In this document: positions 12,265 through 25,340 of the stretch, in pieces | How positions within the stretch are numbered: the stretch's first letter is position 1 | Layout of the letters: the number at the start of each line of letters is the position of its first letter | Assembly (NCBI GenBank): GCA_973895155.1 | Contig: OZ316892.1 | Location: 17,536,357-17,600,356 of the forward strand | Direction of reading: 5' to 3' | DNA: 64,000 bases | Origin: Marsupella aquatica | Taxonomy: Eukaryota > Plantae > Marchantiophyta | The notes under the pieces: generated by a model | What the model was told of the DNA's origin: nothing | Seen by the model: the letters and a program-made list of their open reading frames with translations, nothing else | Database searches by the model: none | Position numbers and translations under genes: made by a program

Positions 12265-12519
12265 AAACTGGTGCTGGGTTACTTTTTCCCATACCTCATT
12301 TACATGACATAAAGATGGTCTGGACGGGGTTCAAAATACAAGTTACCATTCTGTACCCATTTCTGGAATACCTTGTTATTTCCATAATCTATTGCCCTGA
12401 AACTAGTTCTGGGTTACTTTTTCCCATACCACATTTAAATGATATAAAGATGGTCTGGATTGGGGTCACTTTTTCCCATACTGCATTTACATGATATAAA
12501 AGATGGTCTGGATTGGGGT
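12265..12519. repeat. Three imperfect direct repeats (about 55-68 bp)
   Basis: Core actttttcccatac..catttacatgatataaagatggtctgga..gggt at about 12265, 12398 and 12467. Confidence 0.8.
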
Positions 12520-13604
12520 TCTAGTTTGAACCCTACTCATAGAATGCTCAGAAAAGTTTCTGGGTTATCTTCATATTTTGGTCACAGGGTTAGGGTAACC
12601 TCCTGCCCAATCTCTCAGCATCCTAAACTTGAAATCGGTCAGCTTTTCTTGCTTTTCTAGCTTTTCTGGTCAGAAGGTTACAGCTTAGTAAGCTAGTAAC
12701 CCCCTGTCCAGTCGACATTAGGTGTGGAGTCGCCCATTAGGAACACGGTCACCAAATGGATTACGTATCACTCAGAAGCGCAACATTTACAAAGATCACA
12801 CCTAGCATTTGTTAAACAGCTGCAGCTGCATATATTATAGTGTATATATAATATATATGGGACCTTCGGATTTTGTGAATAGACCTACCTACAGATGAAC
12901 TCAGCTCCGTCCTTATAATCAAGCCTAATTCAGAATCCTGGAGACCGGAATAGTTCCTCTTTGGATTCTCCAATGAGTCTATCCCCGTCAAGGATAATTA
13001 CCTCGTCTTAGACGAACCCAAATTCATTTCTTGTACTTTAGCATGGGCTCCGGCAGAGCTATAGACCTTGCCTTTTACTCACTACAAGGTTCTTCTGGGC
13101 CGCTATCCACAGCAAATACTCGGATGAGTTGCTCGTGGCTATCACATTTGCTTCATTCACTGATCTTTACAAACACGTGATAAATTGTATGTAACTTCTT
13201 ACAGTCGAGAAGTCCACAAAGAGTTTCTTAAACATTTCCAAAGTAGCAGTCGAGCAGTCCCCAAGGATCCAGATTTGGACATACAACAGAGGTACCTCAT
13301 GAACTGGTGACGTGGCTTCACGTCGAGAGAAAACAACCCTTGTCCAACCACTTGCATCATTAGATTGCCAACAAATGCTAGATCAAGAGAAAGACTTTCA
13401 TATATTCAGATATGAGTGGTATGCTGAAATGATCGATAGCTGTCAGTATTTTGGGAACTCCTACCGAAGATTACAGTAAGATAATAAACTTTTAATTTTC
13501 CAGACCTTCAGCATTGGGTGACCAAGCTAATCTAAGGTGACCAAGCTAATCTAAGGGAAAAATATCCCTCCATCCAACCATCTTACCAAGATCCATTTTT
13601 GACC

Positions 13605-16600
13605 TCATCTATTCTTTCCGCTCCTCCAGCTTCTGCGTTGGTCATAGCTTTCATCAGACCTTTGACCATACCTCTGGGAGCGCCTACCAGAGTCCGCAGA
13701 CAGATCTCTTTTACGTGGCGGTCCTTTCTCAGGATATTTTTGATAATCCCTGCCCTCCCTGGGTTTGCTTCCGAATTGACTTTCCTCCTTGGGTTTGCTT
13801 CTGCAGTGACTTTCCTCCGTTCTGTGAACATATCTCTCCTCCCTTCTGCGATCATGTCTTCCCTCGTTTCTGTTATCATATCTGTCCTCTCTTCTGTGAT
13901 CACGTCTTTCCTCCGTTCTGCAATCATATACTGGTGAAGATCGTCGTAGAAAACTACTAGGACGCGGTTCTTCGGGTTCCCTGTCTCTACTTCGTTCTCG
14001 TGTTCTGCTCACGGGATATTTATCCATGGACACAGGTCTAGGATGGCTGTTCCAATCTATGCATCTCTTCCTGTTACCCTCAGCATATCTGCTTTCTTCG
14101 TCCCTGGTACCTCCTCGATGGAAATCCCGCAACGACTCATTTCTAGGAAGAACCTCTTGTTGCTCAGACGAACCTGAGGCCCTGCTTCCGTAATCTCTGG
14201 TGGAGCTCCTCTTACCATGACGTTTAGGGTTGTGAAAGTCATTATGAGGCCGATCTGCTTCTCTAGAAATACCGCCATAATTACTGGATCTCCTCGAAAG
14301 CAGTGGAAGTCTTCTCGTGTCCCTCGACGTGGGCCGAGAGGACCAAGAAGGTCCGGTTCCTCTCTCATCAAAGGCGCGCGGGTATCCTTGCGAATCGTCA
14401 TGTAATTGAGGAATACGATCATTATAGTCAGAAAATTTGGACCGTTTGTCTCGGTGTCCAGCACCCACGAGTTGTGGTCCCGCGCCTCCGTTACCTGGAA
14501 GTGAATTGTCTCGCCTCATCAAGTCAGTGAAATTGGGTATAACGGGTGCACATATTGCCATCAAATGAGCAGGAATAGCCTGTTCCTCTTCATTCTTGAA
14601 CTGTTCTGACTTCAAAATCTGCGACCATTGGGGATCAGTCGGACTGATACTAGATTCACCGAAAGGATCTGGCCTTGTCCAGTCAGTGAAATTGGGACTA
14701 ACGGGTGCACATATTGCCATCAAATGTGCGGGAATAGCCTGTTCCTCTTCATTCTTGAACTGTTCTGACTTCAAAATCTGCGACCATTGGGGATCAGTCG
14801 GACTGATGCTGGATTCACCGAAAGGATTTCTCTGAATGTAGTCTTGCACATCCCTTGCCCCAAGCAATCCTTCTAAATAAGGCAGGAGTCCCCCAGCTGT
14901 CGGCGAACACGCACCAGCAAAATGTAAATTTCAAGTCACCACCTTCTCTTCTCGGTTAAGACACATGCTAAATTCACTTATAACATGGCTTCACCTCGAT
15001 GAAAAGAAAGCAAAAGATATTTGAAGCGGGGAAGATAATATCCGATACTACTATCTATAACATTCTAGTGCAGGTTGTATAGAGTACACAGCTATCGACT
15101 TAGGGCATAGAAGGAAGACACCAATTTCGAGGCCGTGGTAAACGACAACAGAGGACACAATTTTCAAGATCAAACAAACTGTACACACCTAGAAAGTTGT
15201 CGTCTGGGTCAGTTGCCTTGTATGTCTTCGGGAAAATTGCTGTGTGTCGCTGCACCAAAAGAGTAAAAATAACTAACCAGCAAACATGTTCACAACCCCC
15301 AGCAAGCTTTCCCCAGCGATTATCCCCCAGGACGTCCGCCTCAAACAGAATCCTGCGCCCTGAGAGAGGAAACTAACACCTACTCCATTGTTGGTTGACC
15401 AATGATGCAGTACCTTGGCGAGACGAAGACTAAACTGTATAAATTTGATCAAAGTGAGAAGCCAATATTATGGACATCCAAGATCATTTCAAATAGGCAT
15501 ATCCGCTATCGTGATTACATACAGGATTGCTGATAGCTTTATACGGCGAATCATCAATAAGCAACGTGTTTGAAGGACCATAATCCCCTTTTGCCCATGG
15601 AAGATCAGCTTCAAATTTCTCCCACAACTTCGACAGCTCCTTCAAGAATACAGGTTTGTACTTGTTATCAGGATGTCTAACACCTGTGTCCGTGCAATGC
15701 TGCTGATGCTGCCACCACCAGAAAAATGGAGGTATGAATCAGTATCCTAATGGAACTCGCAAGAAAAAATGAGCTACCATAAATTCAGACGTCGCCGGAA
15801 TCATCATCTGCTACTGCATGTCGATCTAACTCTGTATGCTTTTGGAAGAATTGCTCGAGTGTACTCAAGAATCTACTTCTAGTTTTACTTACCCAAATGA
15901 ACGCAAGCTTTTCTTTGGCTTCTTTGAACATAAAGTCAACAAGAGAAATAACATTGTGCCTGCAAGCAAGACAATCCAATCGGATGAGACTGTGCAGGAG
16001 AAGACCTCAATAGAGACTGTCTCATTTACCCGACTGCTTAAATCCTTGGCAAAAAAATTGAAGAAATATCAGAGACCAAAATTAAGCTTTGTGCTTCCAA
16101 ATCAAATGTAGTTTGTAGCCAAGAAGGGGCGAAGGTACAATCTGAAGACGGTATACTCACTCGCGAGCTGAGGACCAGACACCAACAATGAAATTCTGGA
16201 GAGAAAACTGAATGAACTCCTCGCAGAAAGCCCTTTTGTACACTGAATAGATAGAAAGCGGGCAGGAGAACTTTTCAGAACAAACAAGCCAACGGTGTTC
16301 CTCTTTTCGTCTCGCCCCACTGAGTATTCTCTACCTATGGAAACCTAATGTAAAACAACCCTATATATTCAATTCATTTTACATTCCTTGTTTTTAATTT
16401 TTTAATTTGGAGCGGAGAGGGATTCCATTGAACATTAGCACGAACGAGAGGAAATTTTGAATCACTACCTTCGGAAACAGCTTTAAAGCAATAAACTTGA
16501 AATGTGTTTATTTCGCTGTTAGTATCAAGCCTTTTATTTTCCGCACTTTGAAAGCAATAGCGAAGTGTTGCTCGGCACAAGTAGGTGGGTGTGACCATCA

Positions 16601-16870
16601 GGAAACCAATGCTTCCTGTCTGCACAGTTTATAGTCACCATTTCTAATTCGGAAGATAATGTCAGTTCGGTGTCCTTCTCTTAGATCACCCCGGTGTCCG
16701 CCGAGGCATACATTACAGATAAAGCAAGAAGGAAGAGCAATTTTAGTACCATAGAATCGGTTTACTTTCGCATCATGCAGACGATCAGGACGCGCCTCTC
16801 CTTGAAAATACGTGTCCAACAGCAATCCATTGATATCCAGAACCAGAAGCTTTTTCCCAGAGCTCACCAT
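13605..16870 (-). CDS. FCP1/NIF-like HAD-superfamily domain protein with a long Arg/Asp/Glu/Ser-rich C-terminal tail
   Basis: Exons 16750-16870, 16161-16242, 15893-15959, 15523-15708, 15189-15249, 13605-14896 join in frame; motifs KKLLVLDINGLL, VYKRAFCEEF, VGVWSS, KPVFLKELSKLW, NTLLIDDSPYKA. Further upstream coding exons cannot be excluded. Confidence 0.85.
14522..14828 (-). repeat. In-frame 159-bp (53-aa) tandem duplication in the last exon of the FCP1-like gene
   Basis: PFGESSISPTDPQWSQILKSEQFKNEEEQAIPAHLMAICAPV occurs twice, with near-identical DNA. Confidence 0.95.
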
Positions 16871-19084
16871 CTAAACCTTTTCCCCACACACCGGACAGAA
16901 CAAAGCAATCAGAACAGAACTGCGTTCAGCTTGTCCAACAGAAATGCTTGAACGCATTGACGAACCAATGCAACCCGCAATGTTACACAGACGACGAACT
17001 GATCGGGACGATATTTCGGTTCTGAGAAATATCTACCTCTTTCACAAGGCTGTCGTTTACACATTCAGCATTTCAGATACACGTCCTGCGCTGCAATTAC
17101 AATAAATCCTCACCCTATTATTATAGATGTAGTTCGGGGTACTCGGCCGACAAAGTGCTAGAATCTACAATTTACGCAGAAATTGCGGAGTCATACGAAC
17201 TCGAGTCCCTTGTCATAGATATTAAGACACGCCAGCTGCGTGGTAGACTTATCAAGAATGAGCACATATGATTCAAGCAAAGCAAAGCGAACAATATCTT
17301 GAGGGCAGGCTATCCCAAAATCTCACCCTTCTCAAAGCCTGACGCAAAAACTATCAGACGTCAACAATATGGTCCCAAGCAAACCACAAAACAACAAGCG
17401 ACCACAGATTGGATGAGATGATTGCGTCGCAAGTCGACATCGCGAAGTCGCATTTCAAGATCCAAAGGTTTACAGAAACTGCGCTTATCACCAACCATCA
17501 TAAGAGAATTGAATCGAAGAACCAAACCACGAGAGACACACCTTCGTGAGAGCGCCAACACCGAGGAAACATATTTACAAGCAGCATCCGGTCGAGAGAG
17601 CGGTGCCAGCTCAAGAGCAGTTTCGACATTACCACTTAGCGACAGTGGTTGGACACCGCATGCACTTCGAGCCGAAGCATGAGCCGGAGGGAAGCAGTCT
17701 TTGCTCTACAATGAAATTATTGAACTAGTATCAAAGAAAACTTGATAAAAATGAATAAAAGGTGCTGGTGCAAAATTGTTTGTAAGTACGCTCAAGAAGG
17801 TCGTCGAGGCCGTTTAGGACGTATGCAGCACCAATAGTGCAGCACAGGCGTATAAATGCACATCAAGATGCCTCACGCAAGTTCTGAACCATATAAAGCA
17901 GGTCCGTTCGTTGCGCAAACGGTCTTTGTCCTGTTTAGAGGTCGTGTGATACCGGGAGCATACTTACGAACTAGGGCTCTCTGATTTCAATTCCTATTTA
18001 GGGTTTTGTCTGTGCACCAAGAAATATTTGGTGGGAACTTCAACCATTCCATTCGCTCCAGGGCAGGGCCGGGCCAGGCATTGCATTTTTGAATTTTATC
18101 CCCGGCTTCTATTCGGGAGTGCCGGCACACGCCTTCGGAATGTGGAAATACAGAAGTCTCGGAATACTTAAGTGCACGAGATCGTCAGCGCGCACTCAGA
18201 TGATATTCGATGACATGTTCGAAGAAGGTTTGCAGGAAAGTACCTGCGGTCGCCTCTGGATTATCGCTGATTTGGCGATCTCCAGACCTGTTGTTATCGG
18301 CAGCCGCGGGGGACATCTCAAGGAGTTCAGAGTGATAACTATGCATAACTTGAAGGACCGCAATTCATAAAAAAAATGCGATTCGATTATCAAATTTTCA
18401 GAATTTCAGGCAATTTGATGAGTTGTCGTGCTGCGTTCTCTACATTCCTTTGCCGCTCTCCTCTCTTTCTTTGTCCATCACTGTTGGTTCAAGTTAGATT
18501 ACATTCAGAATTGATCCATTTTTTCGGTTCTTTCTTCGGCGTCACCTTGTAGGTTCTCGCACGTCGCCTTCGTCTTGCGCAGTTTGAAAATTTGAAAATC
18601 CCGGCCGCTTATCCGATCTACAATCCAAGCGGCAACGGAACTGTCTCATCAGCAGTTCACTTGTGCTCAAATGTGTTGTGCTCAAATGTGCTTCCCGCTG
18701 GCTGCTGCTGCTGCTGCTGCGAGGTCAGGAGTCGTCCAGCAGGCACGATCGCGGAAAAAATAAGCGTGGACGCCGATCTACCGCAGCAGACAGAAGGGGC
18801 TCGTCATTCATCAGAAGCCAACGACGGAATCCCCGAAAGGTGTGCAGGGTTTTTGCCCTATAATTTTGTACCAAGCGAACAGAGTCTTCCTTGATTCCCT
18901 CGCCTCGCCACTCTTCTGAGCTGACCCCACACGAATCACGGAAAGCGGCAGCAACATCATTCTCTCCTCTCCTCCACGACCTTCGGAGTTTGGATCCACC
19001 CATCTTCGTTTTTCTGAAAAGCCGGTCGTGAACACTCATCGGGTACACTCGTACAAGAAGTACCGGGCCCATTGATTGTACAAT

Positions 19085-19830
19085 GGACCCTGTAGAAGTG
19101 CACCGTGGATAAGTGCATTCCATGTTCCCTAATATCACAAGTATTCTCTTTGTAAATGCACCCAAAAAATGCACTTTGTAGAAGGGTGAAGTGCAGTGTG
19201 GATAAGTGCATTCCATGCATTAGTGCAGGCCAACCATGTTCCCTAGTATCACAAGAATTCTCTTTGTATTGCACCAAAAAAATGCACTTTGTAGAAGTGC
19301 AGAGCAGCGTGGATAAGGGCATATCCATGCATTAGTGCAGGCCAACTATGTTCCCTCGTATTACAATTATTTTCTTTGTAATTGCACCAAAAAATGCACT
19401 TTGTAGATGTGCAGGTCAACCCTCACTAAATGACAAAGTATTGATGCTAAGGAGTGCAGTCACTAGATTGATGTAGACTAACAATGTCATCCCCTAATAT
19501 TACAAGTATTTTCTTTGTAAATGCACCAAAAAATGAAGTGCAGCGCAGCCTGGATAAGGGCACTCCATGCATTAGTGCAGGCCAACTATGTTCCCTAATA
19601 TTAGAATTATTTTCTTTGTAATTGCACCAAAAATGCACTTTGTAGAAGTGCAGGTCAACCCTCACTAAAAGACAAAGTATTGATGCTAAGGAGTGCATTC
19701 ACTAGATTGATGTAGACTAACAATGTCATCCCCTAATATTACAAGTATTTTCTTTGTAAATGGACCAAAAAATGAAGGTTCCAGAAGTACAGGTCAACCC
19801 TCACTAAATGACAAAATATTGGTACTAAAA
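19085..19830. repeat. Complex tandem repeat array (about 120-bp subunits, 239-bp higher-order duplication)
   Basis: Recurrent tgcaccaaaaaatgcactttgtagaagtgcag and ggataag..cattccatgcattagtgcaggccaac; 19398-19537 recurs at 19637-19777. Confidence 0.85.
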
Positions 19831-20103
19831 AGACAAATGTGCATTTTTGTCTATAAGTGTATACATGCATTCATTGCTGCAATGCATGTATAAAAAGCAT
19901 TGATCAATAAGTGTAGCAAACAACTCCATAAAGTACTTTCACGCACTTATCTAGTTATCCAGTTGAAATGTGCAATATGAAGGCTTGGGGTATGAGGAGT
20001 CTCTGACCCAACACTACAAAGGAGAAGTGCATTAGTGATCACCCATGCACTTACTAGATAGTGCAAACCATGCACATACAGAGAGGTGCATATGTGTGAC
20101 GCG

Positions 20104-20447
20104 TGTTGAGCATAGACGACATTCGTAACGGCAAGCCCATGAACCATCCAACGCACAATAGTCGACACATAGAGATACGTGGTTCACCTCCACATGAGGC
20201 TACGTCCACAGGAACACACAAGAGCTTTATTGCACTCTAGGCCGACCGGCCATAACAAGCATCCACAGCACAAGCTCTCCCTATCTCTCAACTAGCTCCG
20301 TAACAATGAGCCTAAGTTCCACCAGGGTCTGACATTAGCCCTGGCTATATACACAACAGCACTACCGCTAACATTAGTTAAGTCCTAACCCGAGTTAGAC
20401 TAACTGTGGTTAGCTCATGAGTCACAAGACTAGAGCAATATCTAACA
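20104..20447 (-). mobile_element. Solo LTR, 344 bp
   Basis: TGTT...AACA termini; perfect 5-bp TSD ACGCG at 20099-20103 and 20448-20452; homologous to 49889-50232. Confidence 0.9.
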
Positions 20448-22139
20448 ACGCGTACACTTATAGCATAGTGCATTCAGAGGATAAATGTTGGCTGGTGGTG
20501 TCGACCTGGAAGCCTGCACTTATACACAATTCACTGCATTCCTTTGAGACTAGATCTGGACCAAGTGTAATGCCTGACAAAACAGCCACTTTGGCTTTAT
20601 GTGAATTGGGGCAATTCAAGTAAGGTGTTTATTGATCCTAGATGACTAACAATGACCCAAGAAAAATGTTGATGTGGAGTGCTTATTTTGCAGAAATTTA
20701 GATCACCTCCCTAACATGCACTATCTTACATAGCAAACAGTAAAACCAAGGAAAATGTTGTTGTAGAGTCAGTGGTTATTTTTTGTCTAGGAATTATATC
20801 ACCTCATGGAGTGAGGTGGTCCAAAGTTTGACTCATTCATTCAAGTGAATTGCATTTATTGAATTTTACTTCAAAGACTTGTTGTTGGGAGTCTATCTTC
20901 AGAACAAGGAGTGGCCCTCTAGTTTGCTTTGATGAAAGAAAGTCACAAGCGTAACCCCACTTCTTGTAACTCCACATGTATCCCTAGTCAGCCCCTTGTT
21001 TGAATTAAACCAACTTCAAGATCACAACAAGGTTGAACCAACATCACCACCAAATTTGTTACTACTTGATTACATTTTTCTTTTTATACAAGAGAAACCT
21101 AAATTTCATATTATTGTAATGTTTTTATAAATATCAACTATGAATTACACATTAGCCATTGAGGGCCATACAACAAGATACAAAATCTGGTGTAGCCCCT
21201 TGTCTCAAAGTTTTGATGTTTATATTTGGAACATATGAGAGTTACATATAACATGATCAAATATGATGTGAATCTGCCTGTTAAATGGCCATATACAAGG
21301 TGAAATAGCTATTGAGCCTCCCCTGAACTACTTGGACATGAATAGCTTGCCTACCTGCCATTTTTCCCTCTTGAAGCACAAATGGCTGTGTTAGAGTGAG
21401 TTTTGTAACACTCATGGGCATAGCCAAGCCCAAACTATTTACACGGCTAGACCCACCATCATCTCAATTGCAGAGTATTTGGTCATGTATCTCACTATCT
21501 CAATCCTAGCCTTCACATGTAGATTCTCTCCTTTTGTGGCAACTCTCATCAAAAATTCAAACAGGCTATGTGTCGTGCATCTCACTATGACTTCTCTTAC
21601 CAAAAACTCTCTTGGAATGGAGTAAATCTCACATTGGCCGTGTGATCAGTACATAGCTAACAATTCTTTTGCCTTTTATTAAAGAAGTAGCCCATTGCCC
21701 CTGCATTGAACAAAAGATGTTGAGGAAAGGAAACTTCAAGGAGAGGAAAGGATGTTGATGAGAGGCAAAGATATCCAAAGATGTGGAGGAGTGCCAAAGA
21801 AATGCAGATGAGGCAAAAATACTCCATAGTGCAATATATAGAATGTTGAGGTGAAGCAAAGAATTGCAAGTAAGGCAGCAAAGTGCTGTCATTCCAAGTG
21901 TGTCATTTGTGTAGTCATGTTTGTTAGTGTAACTTTCATCATTTCAATTGAATTGGGTGGTTTTTTGTTACAAAAATGTTAACATTGTGGTCAACTTGAG
22001 TATTGGGAAGAGCAAGTCAGGGCAAGTAAGGGGCACGTCAGTAATATTGGGTAGTTTGGAGGACAGGTTAGTAAAATGCTGATACTGGGAATGCCCATGA
22101 GAATGACTTGTGTAGACAAGCATGGGTTCCCCAAGGTGG

Positions 22140-22295
22140 GGAAGACAGAAAGGCAAAAGGGGAAAGGGAGAAGGAGAGGGCATGGGAGAAAGAGGAGGAG
22201 GGGAGGTAGGGAGAGGGGACAGGAAGGGGAAGGCAAAATATGGGAGGGGAGCGGAGGGGAGGGGACGGCAGGGAAGTTTGAGAGGGGGAGGGAAA
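22140..22295 (+). repeat. Polypurine (G/A-rich) low-complexity tract
   Basis: About 150 nt almost entirely G/A, with many GGG runs. Confidence 0.8.
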
Positions 22296-25200
22296 AAAAT
22301 GAAATTTTCATTTTCCTCCTTGAGTTACCAATTTTTTGTTCTTGCCTCCAAGCTCGTTCCCTTGGTTCTGTACCCAACCTCCCACCCCCAGCCCTGAAAT
22401 CCCAGACCTAGCTTTCCTCCCCACCTGCATGACTCATACATTCTTTTTTGACTCTCCTTTGTGCAACATCAATGCTGTTGGGTGGCATTCAATTCCATGA
22501 AAAGGGACATATCATATGCAAACAAGAATATGATCTTTTGTTGGGGACTTATAAATATTCCTCTACAAGTAAGGGATCAAGTATAGAAAATCCCACTGGT
22601 CATCTCTTGACTGGTTTAGAGCTACTTCCACACAGAAGATGTAAACATTTGCATGTGATGAATGATGCTTACAAATAGTGATCAAAATCCCCAAGCCATG
22701 CATGTCAACCACCATTCTCTTCCCTGTTAGTCACACTTTTCCCTACCATCCCAACCCGGGTCCTCGCCCGGGTCCCAACCCACACAACTCATTGTTTTCA
22801 TGAGAAATTCTGCCTTATTTGTACAACTTCTGTTTATTCTTTGTACCTGTGGCTCCTCCCATCGCTTTTAGCTCTCCTCTCTACCCCCAATGACTTCTCC
22901 TTCCCCTCACAACTCGTGACTCTTGCTTTCATGTTATGAGTCTTCTCCCTATCTACACAAGTACTGCCTCTCCCCCATACGTACAACTCTAGCACTCTCC
23001 CCCATACGTGCAACTCTAGCAGTCTCTTCCAACTATCTTTTCTGCACACAATGTTTTGCTTTGATCATGCTTTGCAATGACAATACTTTGCTTTGACAAC
23101 ATTGTGCAGCTCCTGGGCATTGGCCTGGTGAAGTAGTTTATAAAAGAAGTCCATAGCAGATTTAGTGGCCAAGAAGTAAATGGGGCTTGTTAAAGTATGA
23201 TAGTATTGTACCTCTACCAATGGACTCACAAACGTACATCTCTATCTGCAGTTCATAATCTGTTCCCCAACATTTTCTTGATGGCCTCTAGGAAGGAGAT
23301 GGATGCCCTAGATGTAGCATAAATCTCTAGGTTAACAACACTACACAAGAATGTACACACATATGTTCTATGACACTAGCATGAAACCCTCTAGATCATG
23401 CTCTTAGGCTGATTTTACAAGAATGACTGAAAGTCTACTCTTCTTTCTCCATACCAAAACAAATGAACAAGTCTGGGAGCATATATTCTTCCCTAGACCC
23501 ACTGAATGCCATGTAGGTTTGGTGTTTTCCCATTATATGGAGAGTCACTCCCGAGTCCTCTTAGTCTAAATTCTACTGGTTGCTGGGAATATGTTGTGCA
23601 GTCCAAATTGTACTCTGTAATCAGACATGGTTCACACTATGGCTGCTTGATTCAAGGGATAGGTTTGCAATTAATAAAGGTCATTTCAGAAGTTTTTGGG
23701 TTTGAAGTGTATCTTTAAGTCATGAAGTGTCCCTCCAATTTGCCCTGGTGGAAAAAGTCACTAGTACATTTCCCTCACTTCTTGTAAAGCCACTTAGGCA
23801 GGTGTAACATTTTTTTGGGTTGCATTGATTTTGCAAGTGCAGTGAATACAGTACCATATGTTGGGAAAAACCAGCACCACGATACAGGAGAGACAAGCAA
23901 CAAGCAACCACATTGACACATGAGATACGTGGTTTACCTTTGTCAAGCCTACATCCACAAAATGCTAGAGATTTACCAAGCTTTCGCCACCAAGGCCACT
24001 CTAAGCCACCAGGTACAAGCTCTCCAAGAATGCTCCACCTAGCACCTAGCTTGCTCGATCCCTCAACAATGAGCACGAGTCTCCAAGAGCACTTCCTCCC
24101 CTATGTGCCAGGGAGACTCGTGGCTGATGGATGTGTTCTTGGAGACAAGGTTGGAGACAAGGGGGTGTGGATGATGGATTTTGGCCATAAACAAATGGTC
24201 ATAGCTGTCTCACCGTTATGTAAACTTGTTTTTTGTTTTTTTGGTTTTCTCTAGCTTCTAAAGAGACTTATGGTCATATCCTTTGACCAATCTTTATGGA
24301 TAGTGAATTTGCTAGTCCATAGCTTTTATAGACATGAAGTTAGTAGTCCACAGCCGCCTATTTTTTTGGCATTTTAGCCCGTGTGGTGAAGGAGATGCTT
24401 TAAATATTCTCTCAGTTTTTCCCTAAATATTTCCTGACCGTCAGATATTCCTAGATTTATGGACAACCATTGGATTTTGGCTAATGGAGTCCATGGTTTG
24501 GTGGAAAAGTGGCAAACGGTATACAAGGAATCTAGAGAGTTTTAGCCAAAAGTGGCAAAAACTTGCTTAAAAAGAAGAAGCTGGTCCATTGCTTTTTCTG
24601 AGTGTTCAGGTCAATCAGATGTTGAGGTTTGAGAGCCCCCATTGTACACGCCAATTGTGACAGGTAGGTAAGGTCACGAGCCTGGTTTATTTTTTGCGTG
24701 ATCCTGGATGACATTACGGTAGTGTCAAGTGAAGCGGAGGATGAATGTGGTCTGGAAAGGAGACGGGGAACGGGGAAGCACGAGCTCGTCACAGAATAGC
24801 AATACAGTAGTTGATTGTGGGTAGTTGATTGTGGGTAGAGCAGTCTGTCATCAGGGGCCCACGTACCCAACAGCAACCCTGCCGTGCCACCTACAGCTGC
24901 TCCAGCAGCAGCAGTTTGCACAAGAGGTTTGCACAACAAGCAATCTGCGGAAGTGCATTGGGAACTTACACTGTGCTGAGCCGGGTGTCTTCTTCTGCCG
25001 TGCTGCGGAAGATTCGTGATCATGTCAGCTGCGAGTGGAGAGCTGTGAATTGGAGATGAGTTGCTCGACGATTGAGAAAAGCAAAGGATCGTTTGTGGTT
25101 TAGGAAGTATCTCGGGGATACGGCGAAATCATTGCTACGTATCGGGTAAAGAGCAGATAGATTGCTGGTGCCTCTCTGAGGAGGAGGAGCAGGAGGAACC

Positions 25201-25340
25201 CTAGCCCTTGTTGGCTGTGCCACGGCGTGAGTTCATTCTGCTGAATTGTGCGATTGCACGTCAGGGAGAACGTTATTGATTGCATGTGCGGGGAGGAGGA
25301 GGCGAGGTGGAGTTGGGGTTGGCGAAATCAGGTGTAACTC

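Noticed and set aside
19085-19830. ORFs 18725-19216, 18957-19328 and 19447-19698
   Set aside because: They are translations of the tandem repeat array, with no recognisable domain.
21968-22411. Gly/Arg/Glu-rich and Pro/Leu/Ser-rich ORFs
   Set aside because: Products of the polypurine tract.
23859-24068. Third possible solo LTR
   Set aside because: Shares a short core with the solo LTRs, but no matching TSD or clear end was found; kept only as a fragment.
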